A DNA stretch of 64,000 nucleotides, filler included, from Chiloscyllium plagiosum (GCF_004010195.1; 4 parts of one record of this genome joined end to end with filler, not necessarily neighbours in it), one strand, 5' to 3'; positions 24,262 through 37,092 are shown, counted from the first letter of the whole stretch. Notes: a model not told the origin generated them from the letters alone. Numbers and translations are program-made.

Positions 24262-25647
24262 CCTCCTGGAATCATGCATCCACAAGAGGATGTGGTGACT
24301 GTGCCAAGCCAAACTGGGGTAAGGAGTGAGGGGAAGGATCGTTACCTGAACAACAAGAGAAGGCAGATTGAGCAATGGATATACAGATCTCAGATTAAGG
24401 TCAAGTGATCATGTGAAGCAAGGGTGGAACCCTTGGTATCAAGAGGGCAGAGCACAGGGGCAACATGTGGATGGCATTCGCGTACATGCGCCCAGCTTAG
24501 GCTCCACTTGCTTGAAGAAGCTATCTCTGATTGAGAGTCTAGCTATGCAAGGATCAAGACTGTGCATGCAATGATGCAGTTCAAGCAGCCTTTAGAGATG
24601 TTCTTTTCGACCAATAGGCACCTCAACACTGAGACAACCAACGCAGGTTCCTAATTTCATGATAAGACAACTGAGAAGGCTGTTTCCACTTTCTCTGAGG
24701 TTACAAAGGGACTACTCAATTGATCTTACTTCGAATGGAGACTACCACACTGAGGGGCTCACTGGGAATTTAGATGAGTTTTATTTGTGATCTTGTCTTT
24801 AAATAATAATAGAGAACAGCTGGTACAATAGAGAGAAACTGACGATAGACAGGTTAAACTGAATTGTGAGCCTCAGCCAAGCCTGTCAATAGATCTGATA
24901 TCATCATTTGGCTTTGTCAAGTTCATGAATGCAATGGTAACTATTTTATCATGGTTTCTGCAGTTGGTTAAATAAATATTTTGCTTTTATCATGCTTTCC
25001 AAGTATGCAGAACAACTGATGGGACATTGAAAAAAAATTGCTGAGCTTATCCTTGTTGACATATTGAAGGAAAAAATTGGATGACTCCCCCAGAGTGAAA
25101 TTCTGCATGTTGACATTTTTTCCTGACAAATATATGACAATCGTAAAGTGTCTGCTGAAGACAAAACCAGAAGTTTCCACTGCTTGGTTCTAACATTAGA
25201 AATGGGTTACTGTGTATATTGGAGAAACACCAATTAAGTTTATTAACTGTCAAAGTTGATCTAATTAAGTGGGCTACTTTACAGCTCCTATATCTGTGTC
25301 AGGCTTATGGGCCCATTACCTATTAGTACAGCTCAGAGCTGTCACCAAGGGAACATGACTTCAACAATCCAGGAATAATACAGCAACATTAGGTCTCATT
25401 ATATGGTAGCTGACATACGTATAACTCACTGAGATCAAACTGGTTGGCATACTCCACCTGTGAAATAAACAAAAGGGAGTTGAAAATCCATTGTCCTTTA
25501 ATGTACCAGAGAACCAGAAATTAGTTCAAGACTCAGATAAGCAGGGCTCAAGTGATGAATCTGAAATTTGAGAGTTGACTCCAATAGCAATGATGAAGAA
25601 AGAAAGCCTTTGGTGCATAAACTCCCAATCACTATGAACTCCTATTT

Positions 25648-25785
25648 AAGACCATAAGACCATAACACATAGGAGCAGAAATTAGGCCATTCAGCCCATA
25701 GAGTTTGCTCCACCTTTCAATCACAGCTGATAAATTTCTCAACCCTGTTCTCCCATTCTCCTGTAATCCTTGATCCCCCTGATAA
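25648..25785 (-). mobile_element. CR1 3' end fragment
   Basis: (AGACCATA)n tail followed by AGGAGCAGAAATTAGGCCATTCAGCCC. Confidence 0.7.
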
Positions 25786-25869
25786 CTTCTCCACTCTTAG
25801 AGGGACCTAGCATAGAACTGGCAGGCAAGAACTTGATGGGACTGGATGTAGTAAATAATTAAGTCATGG

Positions 25870-26800
25870 TCATAATTTCTACCTGTGTATTTGCCAAATC
25901 AGTTACAGTTTCTCAAGAATGTACCTTGACAATATAGATAAGGAGTGTACCACTCAATGGAGTGTAATTGGATTTTCGAAAAAACATTTTATAAGGACTC
26001 ATGGTAGTAGAAAGGAGTTTATTGGCATGGGTTGAAGATAGCAAAGATCACTACTTGGACCTCAGCTATCCATAATTTATATTCACAGATAGAGAAGGAG
26101 GCTGGGTGTAATGTTTCTTCACTTGCAATGTTAATAGAGGAAAGGTAAGCAGTGGGAAGACATAAAACAATTGCAGAGGAATGTAGACAGGTTGACTGAG
26201 TGATGGATAGAATACTATGAAGCAAAATGGGAAAATTGAATAACGAGAGTCTGGGAAAAATGTGCAAAAAGTTTTGAGTGGTCCTGTACATGAAACACAG
26301 AATGTGACTATGCAAGTAGGTATACATTGCAAGGAGGTTGGAGTACAAGAGTAAAACATTGTATAGGACATTGGTAAAGCCTCATATAGTGTGCTCCAAA
26401 ATCCTCTTACCTGAGGAAGGACATGCTCACCCAAGAGGAATGCAATACATGTTTATAAGAACGGTTCCAGGGAAGAGAAGATTGTCCTATCTGGAGAAAT
26501 TAGCTAAATAGACCACTTTGTTCCGAAGTTGTAAAGAATATAAGGTAAATTAATTGAAACATAAAATTCTTAAGGGTCTTGATAGATAATTTCTAAGAAA
26601 TGTCTCCCTGACTGGGATTTGAGAACATAAGATCATGGGTCAGAACAAGGGGTCAGCTACTGAGGGCAGAGATGAGAAGAAAGTTCTTAATGTTTTGTGC
26701 GTCTTAGGAATTCTCTATCCAGGCAGGTGTAGATGCTCAGTCATTGCCTATAATGGTCACAGAAATCAATAGATTAGTGAATACTGGGCAATTAGCCATC
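25870..26800 (+). mobile_element. Old, highly degenerate CR1 RT/3' fragment
   Basis: Residual CR1 motifs (TTGGATTTTCGAAAAA, TATAGGACATTGGT, GAGATGAGAAGAAAGTTCTT, GGAATTCTCTATCC). Confidence 0.55.
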
Positions 26801-27046
26801 ACGTTAAGCTGGGAAAACTTGGTTTGATACTTTCAGAAAAAATTGAAATTGCGGAGAGATTTGATAAGTGGGGTTTGAGCTGACATGATGGGCCAATCCC
26901 TTCTTCAATCATCAATCATCAGTGAACATCCTCACATCTGCTCTTATGATGGACTGAAAGTCAGTGATGAAGCAGCTGAAGATTTAGAGTTTAGAAGGGA
27001 TTGTAAGGCCTTCTATATTATGATTATGTGATAGCGATAAGGTTAG

Positions 27047-29327
27047 ATAGAACAAAGAACAAAGAAAATTTACAGCCCAGGAATAGGCCCTTTAGCCCTT
27101 CAAGCCTGAGCCAATCCAAATCCACTGTCTACATCTATCGCCCAATTCCTAAGGATCTATATGCCTCTGCTCCCCACCTACTCAAGCATTTGTCCAGATG
27201 CAACTTAAATGAATCTATCATGCCTGCCTCTACTACCTCTGCTGGCAATGCGTTCTAGGCACCTCTGACCCTCTGTGTAAAGTACTTGCTGCGTGTTTCC
27301 CCCTTAAACTTTTCTCCTTTCACCTTGGATGTGTGACCTCTCATTATTGAATCCTTCACCCTGGAAAAAGTTTATCTCTATCTACCCTGTCCATACCCTT
27401 CATGATTTTATAGACCTCAATCTCCTTTTTTCTAATGAAAACAGTCCTAATCTACTCAACCTCTCTTCACAGCTAACACCTTCCATACTAGGCAATGTAA
27501 ACCTTCTCTGCACCCTCTCCAAAGCGTCCACATCCTTTTGGTAATGTGGTGACCAGAACTGTACACAGTATTCTAAGTGCAGCTGAACCAATGTCTTGTA
27601 CAATTTTAACATGACCTGCCAGCTCTTATACTCAATATCCCTTCTTATTAAGGCAAGCATACTATATGTTTCCATTCTTGACCACTCTATCCACCTGTGC
27701 AGCAACCTTCAGGGTACAATAGACCTGAACTCCCAGATCTCTCTACTCATCAACTGTTTACAGTATTATTCACTCTAGAATTAGACTTCCCAAAATGCAT
27801 CACCTCACAATTGCCTGGATTGAACTCCATCTGATACTTCTCTGCCCAACTCTCCAGTCTATCTATATTCTCTTGTATTCTTTGACAGTCCCCTATGCTT
27901 TCCGCTATTCCAACAAACTTCATGTCATCTGCAAACTTGCTGATCAGACCACCAATGCCCTCTTCCAAATCATTTATGTATATCACAAACAACAGTGGCC
28001 CCAACACTGACCCCTGTGGAACACCACTGGTCACCTTTCTCTATTTCGAGAAACTCCCTTCAACTACTACTCTCTGTTTCCTGTGGCTCAACCAGTTCTT
28101 TATCCACCTAGCTAGAACACCCTGCACATCATGTGACTTCACTTTCTCCATTAGTTTACTGCGGGGAACCTTATTAAATGCCACACTAAAATCCATGTAT
28201 ATGACATCTACAGCCCTTCCTTCATCTATCAACTTGGTCACTTCCTCAAAGAATTCTATTAAGTTGGTAAGACATGATCTCCCCCACACAATATCACTTA
28301 TAAGCCCATTCTTTTCCAAATACAAATAGACTTTATTCCTCAGTACCTTTTCCAGCAACGTTCCCACCACTGATGTGAGACTCACTGGTCTGTAGTTACC
28401 CAGAATATCCCTACTACCCTTCTTGTACAGGGGAACAACATCAGCAGCCCTCCAGTCCTCTGGCACCTCACCTGTGTTTAATGATGCTACAAAGATTTCT
28501 GTCAGAGCCCCAGCTATTTCCTCTCTCATCTCCCTCAGCAACCTGGGATAGATCTTATCCGGTGCTGGGGATTTGTCCACCTTAATAACCTCTATCCTGT
28601 GCTGGGGATTTGTCCACCTTAATAACCTCTATCCTAACCAATACATCTTTCCTACTTAAGTCAATGTGATCCAGACTAATCAAACTTCTATCTCTAATCT
28701 CAACATTTATCACGCCCCTCTCCTCAGTGAACACTGATGCAAAGTAATCATTCAGAATCTCACCCATTCTCTTAGGTTTCCTTCCCTATCCTTTAGAAGA
28801 CCAATCCTTTCTCTAGTTACCCACTTGCTTCTTGTATAAGAATAAAAGGCTTTGGGATTCTGGCCTAGCTCGTTCCCCAACACCAGTCCAATGTGGCCCC
28901 TTCCCTCATTCGACTATTGATATACTGCTCTAGAAAACTCTCTTGGACGCTTCTTACAAATTCTGCCCCATCCAGACCTCTGTCACTAAGTGTATCCCAG
29001 TCAATGTTGGGAAAATTAAAATCTCCCATTGCCATCACCCTGTTGCTTCTACATCTTTCCATAATCTGTTTGCCTATTTGTTTGTCTACCTCACGCTCAT
29101 TGTTGGGAGGTCTGTAATACAGCCCCAACAATGTAACTGCACCCGTCTTATTTCCCAGCTCCATCCATAAGGCCTCACTGCTCCATGGTGTCCTCCTTCA
29201 GCACAGCCGTGATATCATCCCTGACCAGTAATGCAACTCCTCCCCCCCTTTTACTTCCCTCCCTCTCCTGTCTGAAGCATCTATATCCTGGAACATTTAG
29301 TTGCCAATCATGCCCTTGCTTCAACCA
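27047..29327 (-). mobile_element. CR1 LINE with endonuclease and RT fragments (internal deletion), nested in an older plus-strand CR1
   Basis: LLGLYYRPPN, GDFNFPNIDW (EN); DKSPAPD.IYPRLL, YRPVSLTSVVG, SCLTNLIEFFEEVT, SGVPQGSVLGPLLFVIYINDL, KFADD (RT); (TTCTTTG)n tail. Confidence 0.93.
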
Positions 29328-30441
29328 AGGAGGTTTTCATAGGGCAAGCAGTGAAAATCTGCTCTCATTAGCTGACGGTAACAAGCACTGGGGGTAGAAA
29401 ATGTAAGGTTTTGGGCAAGAGATGCAGGCCAGAGATGAGGAAGAACTTTTTAATGCAGGCAGTAGTACTGATCTAGAAACAGCTGCTTATGAGGGTAGTG
29501 GGGACAGAAATAATCAGTGATTTTCGAAACGAAATTGGATGGACATCTGACAGAAATAAACTTGTAGATCAATGAGAATAGAGTGAGGGCTTTTGTGGCA
29601 CAATAGTAGTGCTCTTACTCCTGAGCCGGGAGGCCTGTGTTTCAGCCCAAGGGTGTGATTAAACAACAAGAATAAAGTGGGTGAATCAGATTGTCTGGAT
29701 TGTGATGTTAGCTGACTTCAACTTATCAGGTCAAATAATTTTCTTTTGTGCTCTATGAATCTAAAAATAAAGTTCTTATGAAGACTGAGAAATGAAGGGA
29801 TCTACATGTGACAAGAAAGGATGTAGAGGAAGGAGTGTCTATAACTGTGCAGGAAACGAACTTTTTAGAGATGACTTTGCTGGCACAATGTTCCACAAAT
29901 ATTACGTGTCACTTGTCAGAACAATTCTGAAAGTAGTCAAGGTCTTCCTGCATTTGGATACTGTTTATTTCAATATCTAAGGAGTTACAAATGGCATTGC
30001 ACATTATGCAATCATCAGTGAAATCCTTAGCTCTAGTCATATGTTGGAGTGAAAGTCAGTGATGGAGCAGCTGGAGATCTAGAGTTTAGAAGGGATTGTT
30101 TTCCTTAGAGCAGAGGAAGCTGAGGGGGTACATGATCAAAATGTAGAAAATTATGGGGGACATGGAACGGGTCGACCGGAATAAACTCTTGGTGGACGGA
30201 TGAATGACAAGGGGAAATAAATGATAGGTAAGGGACAGATGGTTTAGAGGGAATATGAGGATATAATTTTACAAACCAAGGGCAGTGGGAATCTGGAGCA
30301 CACTGCTTGAAAAGGTGGTGGAGCAGAAACCTTCATGACTTTCAAAAAGAATTTAGATGTACATTTGTGATATCATGGCATGCAAAGCGATGGGCCAAGA
30401 GTTAGAAAATATGATTAGAGCAGTTAGGTGGTTGTTTCTAA

Positions 30442-33400
30442 TCATAGAGTCATGTAGTCATAGAGATGTACAGAACCGAAACAGATCCTGCAGTCCAACC
30501 TGTCCATGCTGACTAGATATCCCAACCCAATCTAGTCCTATCTGCCAGCACCTGGCCCATACCCCTCCAAAACCCTTCCTATTCATATACCCATCAAAAT
30601 GCCTGTTAAATGTTGCAATTGTACCAGCCTCCACCACTTCCTCTAGCAACTAATTCCATACATGTACCACCCTCTGTGTGAAAATGTTGCCCCTGAGATC
30701 TCTTTTATATCTTTCCCCTCTCACCCTAAACCTATGCCCTCTAGTTCNNNNNNNNNNNNNNNNNNNNNNNNNNNNNNNNNNNNNNNNNNNNNNNNNNNNN
30801 NNNNNNNNNNNNNNNNNNNNNNNNNNNNNNNNNNNNNNNNNNNNNNNNNNNNNNNNNNNNNNNNNNNNNNNNNNNNNNNNNNNNNNNNNNNNNNNNNNNN
30901 NNNNNNNNNNNNNNNNNNNNNNNNNNNNNNNNNNNNNNNNNNNNNNNNNNNNNNNNNNNNNNNNNNNNNNNNNNNNNNNNNNNNNNNNNNNNNNNNNNNN
31001 NNNNNNNNNNNNNNNNNNNNNNNNNNNNNNNNNNNNNNNNNNNNNNNNNNNNNNNNNNNNNNNNNNNNNNNNNNNNNNNNNNNNNNNNNNNNNNNNNNNN
31101 NNNNNNNNNNNNNNNNNNNNNNNNNNNNNNNNNNNNNNNNNNNNNNNNNNNNNNNNNNNNNNNNNNNNNNNNNNNNNNNNNNNNNNNNNNNNNNNNNNNN
31201 NNNNNNNNNNNNNNNNNNNNNNNNNNNNNNNNNNNNNNNNNNNNNNNNNNNNNNNNNNNNNNNNNNNNNNNNNNNNNNNNNNNNNNNNNNNNNNNNNNNN
31301 NNNNNNNNNNNNNNNNNNNNNNNNNNNNNNNNNNNNNNNNNNNNNNNNNNNNNNNNCCCCACCCCCACTGCTCTTGATTTGTAAAATTATATCCTCATAT
31401 TCCCTCTAAACCTTCTAAGCTCTAGATCTTCAGCTGCTCCATCACTGACTTTCACTCCAACATTTGCCCCTCATGATTTTATAAACCCTCAGCCTCCGAC
31501 ACTCCAGGGAAAACAGCCCTAGTTGATTCAATCTCTCCTTATAGCTCAAATCCTCCAACCCTGGCGACATCCTTGTCAATTTTTTCTGAACCCTTTCAAG
31601 TTTCACAACATCTTTCTGATAGGGAAAAGATCAGAATTGCATGCAATATTCCAACAGTGGCCTAACCAATGTCCTGTACAGCTACAACATGTCCTCCCAA
31701 CTCCTGTACTCTTTACTCTGACCAATAAAGGAAAGCATATCAAATGCCTTCTTCACTATCCTACCTACATGTGACTCCACTTCCAAGGAGCTATGAACGT
31801 GCACTCCAAAGTCTCTTTGTTCAGCAACACTCCCTAGGACCTTACCATTAAGTGTATAAGTCCTGCTAAGATTTGCTTTCCCAAAATGTAGCACCTCACA
31901 TTTATCTAAATTAAACTCCATCTGCCAATTCTCAGCCCATTGGCCCATCTATTCCAGATCCTGTTGTAATCTGAGGTAACCTTCTTCTCTGTCCACTACA
32001 CCACCAATTTTGGCATCATCTGCAAACTTACTAACTGTACCTCTTATGCTCACATCCAAATGACTTATGTAAATGATGAAAAGTAGTGGACCCAGCACCA
32101 ATCTTTGTGGCACTCCACTGGTCACAGGCCTCCAGTCTGAAAAACAACCCTCCACCACCACCCTATGTCTTCTACCTTTGAGCCAGTTCTGTATCCAAAT
32201 GGCGAGTTCTCCCTGTATGCCATGAGATCTAACCTTGATCACCAGTCTCCCATGAGGAACCTTGTCGAAAGCCTTACTGAAGTCCATATAGATTACATCG
32301 ACTGCTCTGGCCTCATCAATTCTCTTTGTTATTTCTTCAAAAAACACAATCAAGTTTGTGAGACATGATTTCCCATGCATAAACCATGTTGACTCTCCCT
32401 AATCAGTCCTTGCCTTTCCAAATAAATACGAATCCTGTCCCTCAGGATTCCCTCTTACAACTTGCCCACCTCTGACTCTGGCTCACTGGTATATAATTAC
32501 CTGGCTTGTCCTTACTACCCTACTTAAACAGTGACACCATGTTAGCCAACCTCCAGTCTTCTGGCGTCTCATCTATGACTATCAATGACACAAATATCTC
32601 AGTAAGAGGCCCAGCAATCATTTCCCTGGCTTCCCACAGGGTTCGAGGGTACACTTTATCAGGTCCTGGGGATTTATCCACTTTTATGTGTTTTTGGACA
32701 TCCAGCACTTTCTCCTCTGTAATATGGACATTTTTAAAGATGTCACCATCTATTTCCCTACATTCTATATCTTCCATGTCCTTTTCCACAGTAAATACTG
32801 ACACAAATTACTCGTTTAGTATCTGCCCCATATCCTGCGGCTCCACACAAAGGCCGCCTTGCTGATCTTTGAGGGGCCCTCTTCTCTCTCTAGTTAACCT
32901 TTTGTCCTTAATGTATTTGTAAAAATCCTTTGGATTCTTCTTGACTCTAATTGCCAATGCCATCTCATGTTCCCTTTTTGCCCTCCTGATTTCCCTCTTA
33001 AGTATACTCCTACTGCCTTTGTACTCTTCTAAGGATTCACTCGATCTATCCTGTCTATACCTGACATATGCTTCCTTCTTTTTCTTAACCAAGCCCTCGA
33101 TTTCTTTGGTCATCCAGCATTCCCTATACCTCCCAGCTTTTCCTTTCACCCTAACAGGAATATATTTTCTCTGGACTCTCATTATCTTATTTCTGAAGGC
33201 TTCCCATTTTCCAGCTGTCCGTTTACCTGCAAACATCTGTGCCCAATCATCTTTTGAAAGTTCTTGCCTAACACCGTCAAAATTGGCCTTCCTCCAATTC
33301 AGAACTTCAACTTTTAGATCTGGTCCATCCTTTTCCATCACTATTTTAAAACTAATAGAATTATGGTCGCTGGCTCCAAAGTGCTCCCCCATTGACACCT

Positions 33401-34143
33401 CAGTCACCTGCCCTGCCTTATTTCCCAAGAGTAGGTCAGTTTTGCACCTTCTGTAGTAGGTACATCCACATACTGAATCAGAAAATTTTCTTGTACACAC
33501 TTTCTCTCTACCTAAACCCTTAACACTATGGCATTCCCAGTCTATGTTTGAAAAGTTAAAATCCACTACCATGACCACCCTATTATTCTTACAGATAACT
33601 GAGATCTCCTGACAAGTTTATTTCTCAATTTCCCTCTGACTATTAGCGGGTCTATAATACAATCCCAATAAGATGATCATTCCTTTGTTATCTCAGTTCC
33701 ACCCAAATAACTTCCCTGGATTTATTTCTGGGAGTATCCTCCCTAAGTACAGCTATCCCTTATCAAAAATGCCACTCTCCTCCTCTCTTGCCTCCCTTTC
33801 TGTCCTTCCTGTAACATTTCTATCCTGGAACATTAAGCTGTCAGTCCTGTCCATCCCTGAGCCACATTTCTTGCTATGTAATTGCTATGATATCCCAGTC
33901 CCATGTTCCTAGCCATGCCCCGAGTTCATCTGCCTTCCCTGTTAGTTCTCTTGCATTGAAACTGTCCATCCCTGAGCCACGTTTCTGTAATTGCTATGAT
34001 ATCCCAGTCCCATGTTCCTAGCCATGCCCTAAGTTCATCTGCTTTCCCTGTTAGTTCTCTTGCATTGAAATAAATGCAGTTTAATTTATCAGTCCTACCT
34101 TGTTCTCTAGTTTGTCCCTGCCTGCCCTGACTGTTTGACTCGC
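30442..34143 (-). mobile_element. Near full-length CR1/HER1 ORF2 (EN + RT) with 3' tail, degenerate; contains N gap 30748-31356
   Basis: KLNCIYFNAR..GKADELRAWLGTWDWDIIAITETW (EN start), DFNFSNIDW, SDHN, VDKSPGPD, GKSCLTNL, SGVPQ..VLGP, KFADDAK. The host plus-strand CR1 is split between ~30075-30441 and 34144-34190. Confidence 0.93.
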
Positions 34144-34874
34144 CAGTGCAGACTTGATAGCCTGAAGGGCCTTTTGCTATACTGTAAAAGCCTACAGCTT
34201 TATGATTAAGACTGAGAAGTGATTTGATTAAAGTATGTACAATACTCACTGTTCTTGCCAAGGTGGACACAGAAATGATGTTCAGAACTAGGGACACTGT
34301 TTAAAAATAGGGGTTGTTCTTTTAGGAAAGACAGTGGAGCATTCTTTTCTGTGACTTTGGAACTCTTTACATCAGTGGGTGGTGGAAATGGAGATAGAGA
34401 TGTACAGCATGGAAACAGGCCCTTCATTCCAACTTGTCCATGCTGACCAGATATCCTAACCTAATCTCGTCCCAGTTGCCAGCACTTGGTCCACATCCCT
34501 CCAATTCATATACTCACCCAGGTGCCTTTTAAATGCTGTAATTGATCAACCTCCACCACTTCCTCTGGCAGCTCATTTCACACATGCACCACCCTCTGTG
34601 TGAAAATGTTGCCCCTTAGCTCCCTTTTATATCTTTCCCCTCTCACCCTAAATTTATGCCTTCTAGTTCTGGATTCCCCCACCCCAGGGAAATGACCTTG
34701 TCTATTTATCCTATCCATGACTCTCATGATTTTATAAACCTTTCCAAGGTTACTCCTCAGCCTCTGACACTCCAGGGAAAACACCTCCAGTCTATTCAGC
34801 CTCTCCCTAGAGCTCAAATCCTCCAATCCTGGCAACATCCTTGTAAATCTTTTCTGAACCCTTTCAAGTTTCAC

Positions 34875-35075
34875 TCGGAGATGTCGGTGTTGGACTGGGG
34901 TGTACAAAGTTAAAAATCACACAACACCAGGTTATAGTCCAACAGGTTTAATTGGAAGCACACTAGCTTTCAGAGCGACGCTCCTTCATCAGGTGATAGT
35001 GGAGGGCTCAATCCTAACACAGAATTTATAGCAAAAATTACATCAGTTACATCACACTGTAAATTTTTGCTGTAA
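34875..35075 (-). mobile_element. Neptune-type PLE 3' end with hammerhead and short inverted 5' segment
   Basis: Reverse complement ...CACCTGATGAAGGAGCGTCGCTCTGAAAGCTAGTG..CCAATTAAACCTGTTGGACTATAACCTGGTGTTGTG...; inverted repeat TTATAGCAAAAATTACA / TGTAAATTTTTGCTGTAA at 35026-35075. Confidence 0.75.
34961..34995 (-). ncRNA. Minimal hammerhead ribozyme
   Basis: CAC-CUGAUGA-A-GGAGC-GUC-GCUCU-GAAA-GCUA^GUG; stem I CAC/GUG, palindromic AGCU at stem III. Confidence 0.75.
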
Positions 35076-35189
35076 TCCCAACTCCTATACTCAATGTTCT
35101 GACCAATAAACTCATTGAATGTTTTTAAGGCAGAGGTGGATAGAGTATAGCGATGTTTGTGAAACAAAATTTTGGAAACAGTAGAGACA

Positions 35190-35568
35190 GTTGAATCTTT
35201 TGGAAACAGTAGAGACACTGTCAGTCCGCGAGGCGACCAGGTCTGTCAATCGAAAGTTAGCATGGAGGCAGAGCCGAGGAGTCAGACATCGCACAGAGCC
35301 GTGGTAATAGAGGACTCCATAGTGAGAGGAACTGACCGGGGTTTTTGTGGCAGCAGGCGGGACTTAAGGATGGTGTGTTGCCTTCCTGGTGCCAAGGTTA
35401 AAGACATCACAGACAGGGTGCAGGAAATCCTCAAGGACGAAGGTGAAGAGCCAGAGATGCTGGTACATGTCGGCACAAATGATGTCGGGAAGAAATGGAG
35501 GAACATACTACAGCGGGACTTCGGAGAACTAGGAAGAAGGCTGAAAAGCAGGACGTCCAGGGTAGTTA
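35190..35568 (+). mobile_element. CR1 ORF1 fragment (SGNH/GDSL esterase domain)
   Basis: VVIEDSIVRG (GDS block), VCCLPGAKVKDI, LVHVGTND motifs. Confidence 0.88.
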
Positions 35569-35668
35569 NNNNNNNNNNNNNNNNNNNNNNNNNNNNNNNN
35601 NNNNNNNNNNNNTTAATTAATTAANNNNNNNNNNNNNNNNNNNNNNNNNNNNNNNNNNNNNNNNNNNN
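35569..35668. other. Assembly gap with artificial TTAATTAATTAA linker
   Basis: 44 N + 12-mer + 44 N. Confidence 0.95.
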
Positions 35669-36385
35669 GTAAAGGGGTAGTACAGAGAGATCTGGGTGTT
35701 CTTGTACACCAGTCAATGAAGGTAGGCATGCAGGTACAGCAGGTAGTGAAGAAGGCTAATAGCATGCTGGCCTTCATAACAAGAGGGATTGAGTATAGAA
35801 ACAAAGAGGTTCTTCTGCAGCTGTACAGGGCCCTGGTGAGACCACACCTGGAGTATTGTGTGCAGTTCTGGACTCCAAATTTGAGGAAAGACATTCTGGC
35901 TATTGAGTTGTGCAGCGTAGGTTCACGAGATCAATTCCTGGAATGGCAGGACTACCTTGCGCTGAAAGACTGGAGCAACTGGGCTTGTATATCCTTGCGT
36001 TTAGAAGGCTGAGAGGGGATCTGATTGAGACACATAAGATTATTAAAGGATTGGACACTCTGGAGGCAGGAAACATGTTTCCGCTGATGGGTGAGTCCCG
36101 AACCAGAGGACACAGCTTAAAAATAAGGGGTAGGCCATTTAGGACAGAGATGAGGAGAAACTTCTTCACCCAGAGAGTGGTGTGTGTGTGGAATGCTCTG
36201 CCCCAGAAGGCAGTGGAGGCCCAGTCTCTGGATTCGTTTAAGAAAGAGTTGGATAGAGCTCTAAAGGATAGTGGAATCAAGGGTTATGGAGATAAGGATG
36301 ATCAGCCATGATCATATTGAATGGTGGTGCAGGCTCGAAGGGCAGAATGGCCTACTCCTGCACCTATTGTCTATTGTCTATTGTC
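35669..36385 (+). mobile_element. CR1 3' end (well-preserved copy)
   Basis: VKKANSMLAFITRGIEYRNKEVLLQLYRALVRPHLEYCVQFW, RRNFFTQRVVCVWNALP; (CTATTGT)3 tail. Confidence 0.92.
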
Positions 36386-36769
36386 AAATGACTGTATCTT
36401 AATGTCTAAAGGGTGTAATCTTCAGAAAAGGTAAGGGAGACAGCCTTCAGTCAGGGGATTCCAGTTCAGTAAATCAAAGTCAGCGCATGAGATATATCAA
36501 GGGGCTGGATATGGTCAGGCTGCCACTAGAGGCTTTCAGGGTCCATATCGCTTCAGTCCAGGGAATGAGATCTGAACAGTCCTGCTAGTTCCGTTCGATC
36601 AGTCAAGAAATCCATAATAATAGAGTTGAAGAATCGCACGGTGGTATGTCAGGTGTCTGATAACTCATCAATGGCCATGTTCAGTCTAGAGGGAGGGGTG
36701 TGGAAGGGTGATACCAGGGGTCACCACTATAAGCAGGAAGTTGCGAGTGTCAATTATGAGGATTAGAGG

Positions 36770-37092
36770 CTCGCATAATGGCTCACTGATTAGCATTGCA
36801 GCTTCACGGCATCAAGGACTCAGGTTCGATTCTCGCCTTGGGTAACTGTCCATGTGGAGTTTTCACATTCTCCATGTTTCTGCCGGGGTGCTCGAGTTTC
36901 CTTCCACAGCCCAAAGATGTGCAGGTTAGGTGGATTGGCCATGCTATATTAACCATAGTGTCCCGGGATGTGTCGTCTAGATGGGGTTAGCCGTGGTAAA
37001 TGCATGGTTATTGGGATTCGGTTGAGGTCTGAGTGTGATGCTTTTTGGAGGGTCAGTGCAGACTTGTGGGCCAAATGGCCTCTTTCCACATG
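36770..37092 (+). mobile_element. HE1-type V-SINE, older copy
   Basis: Degenerate A/B boxes, GTGGAGTTTTCACATTCTCC, CCAAAGATGTGCAGGTTAGGTGGATTGGCCATGCTA, CR1-like tail. Confidence 0.8.

Larger units (their letters stand above)
34394..35110 (-). mobile_element. CR1/HER1 3' fragment interrupted by a PLE
   Basis: KLERVQKRFTRMLPGL...GNIFTQRVV; CR1 sequence resumes at 35076 (TCCCAACTCCTATACTCAATG). Confidence 0.88.

Noticed and set aside
30662..31409. 215-243 aa ORFs
   Set aside because: They consist almost entirely of the N gap.
32941..33456. 171-aa hydrophobic ORF (similarly 17995-18393, 27895-28329, 32506-32865)
   Set aside because: Antisense to CR1 ORF2, a well-known shadow-ORF effect.
35170..35217. 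20-bp direct repeat TTTTGGAAACAGTAGAGACA
   Set aside because: Small junction duplication at the truncated 5' end of a CR1 ORF1 fragment; no further structure.
35172..35568. Host GDSL lipase/esterase gene (also 60701-61045)
   Set aside because: The context (zinc finger and leucine zipper upstream, APE endonuclease or CR1 3' end downstream) identifies it as CR1 ORF1.
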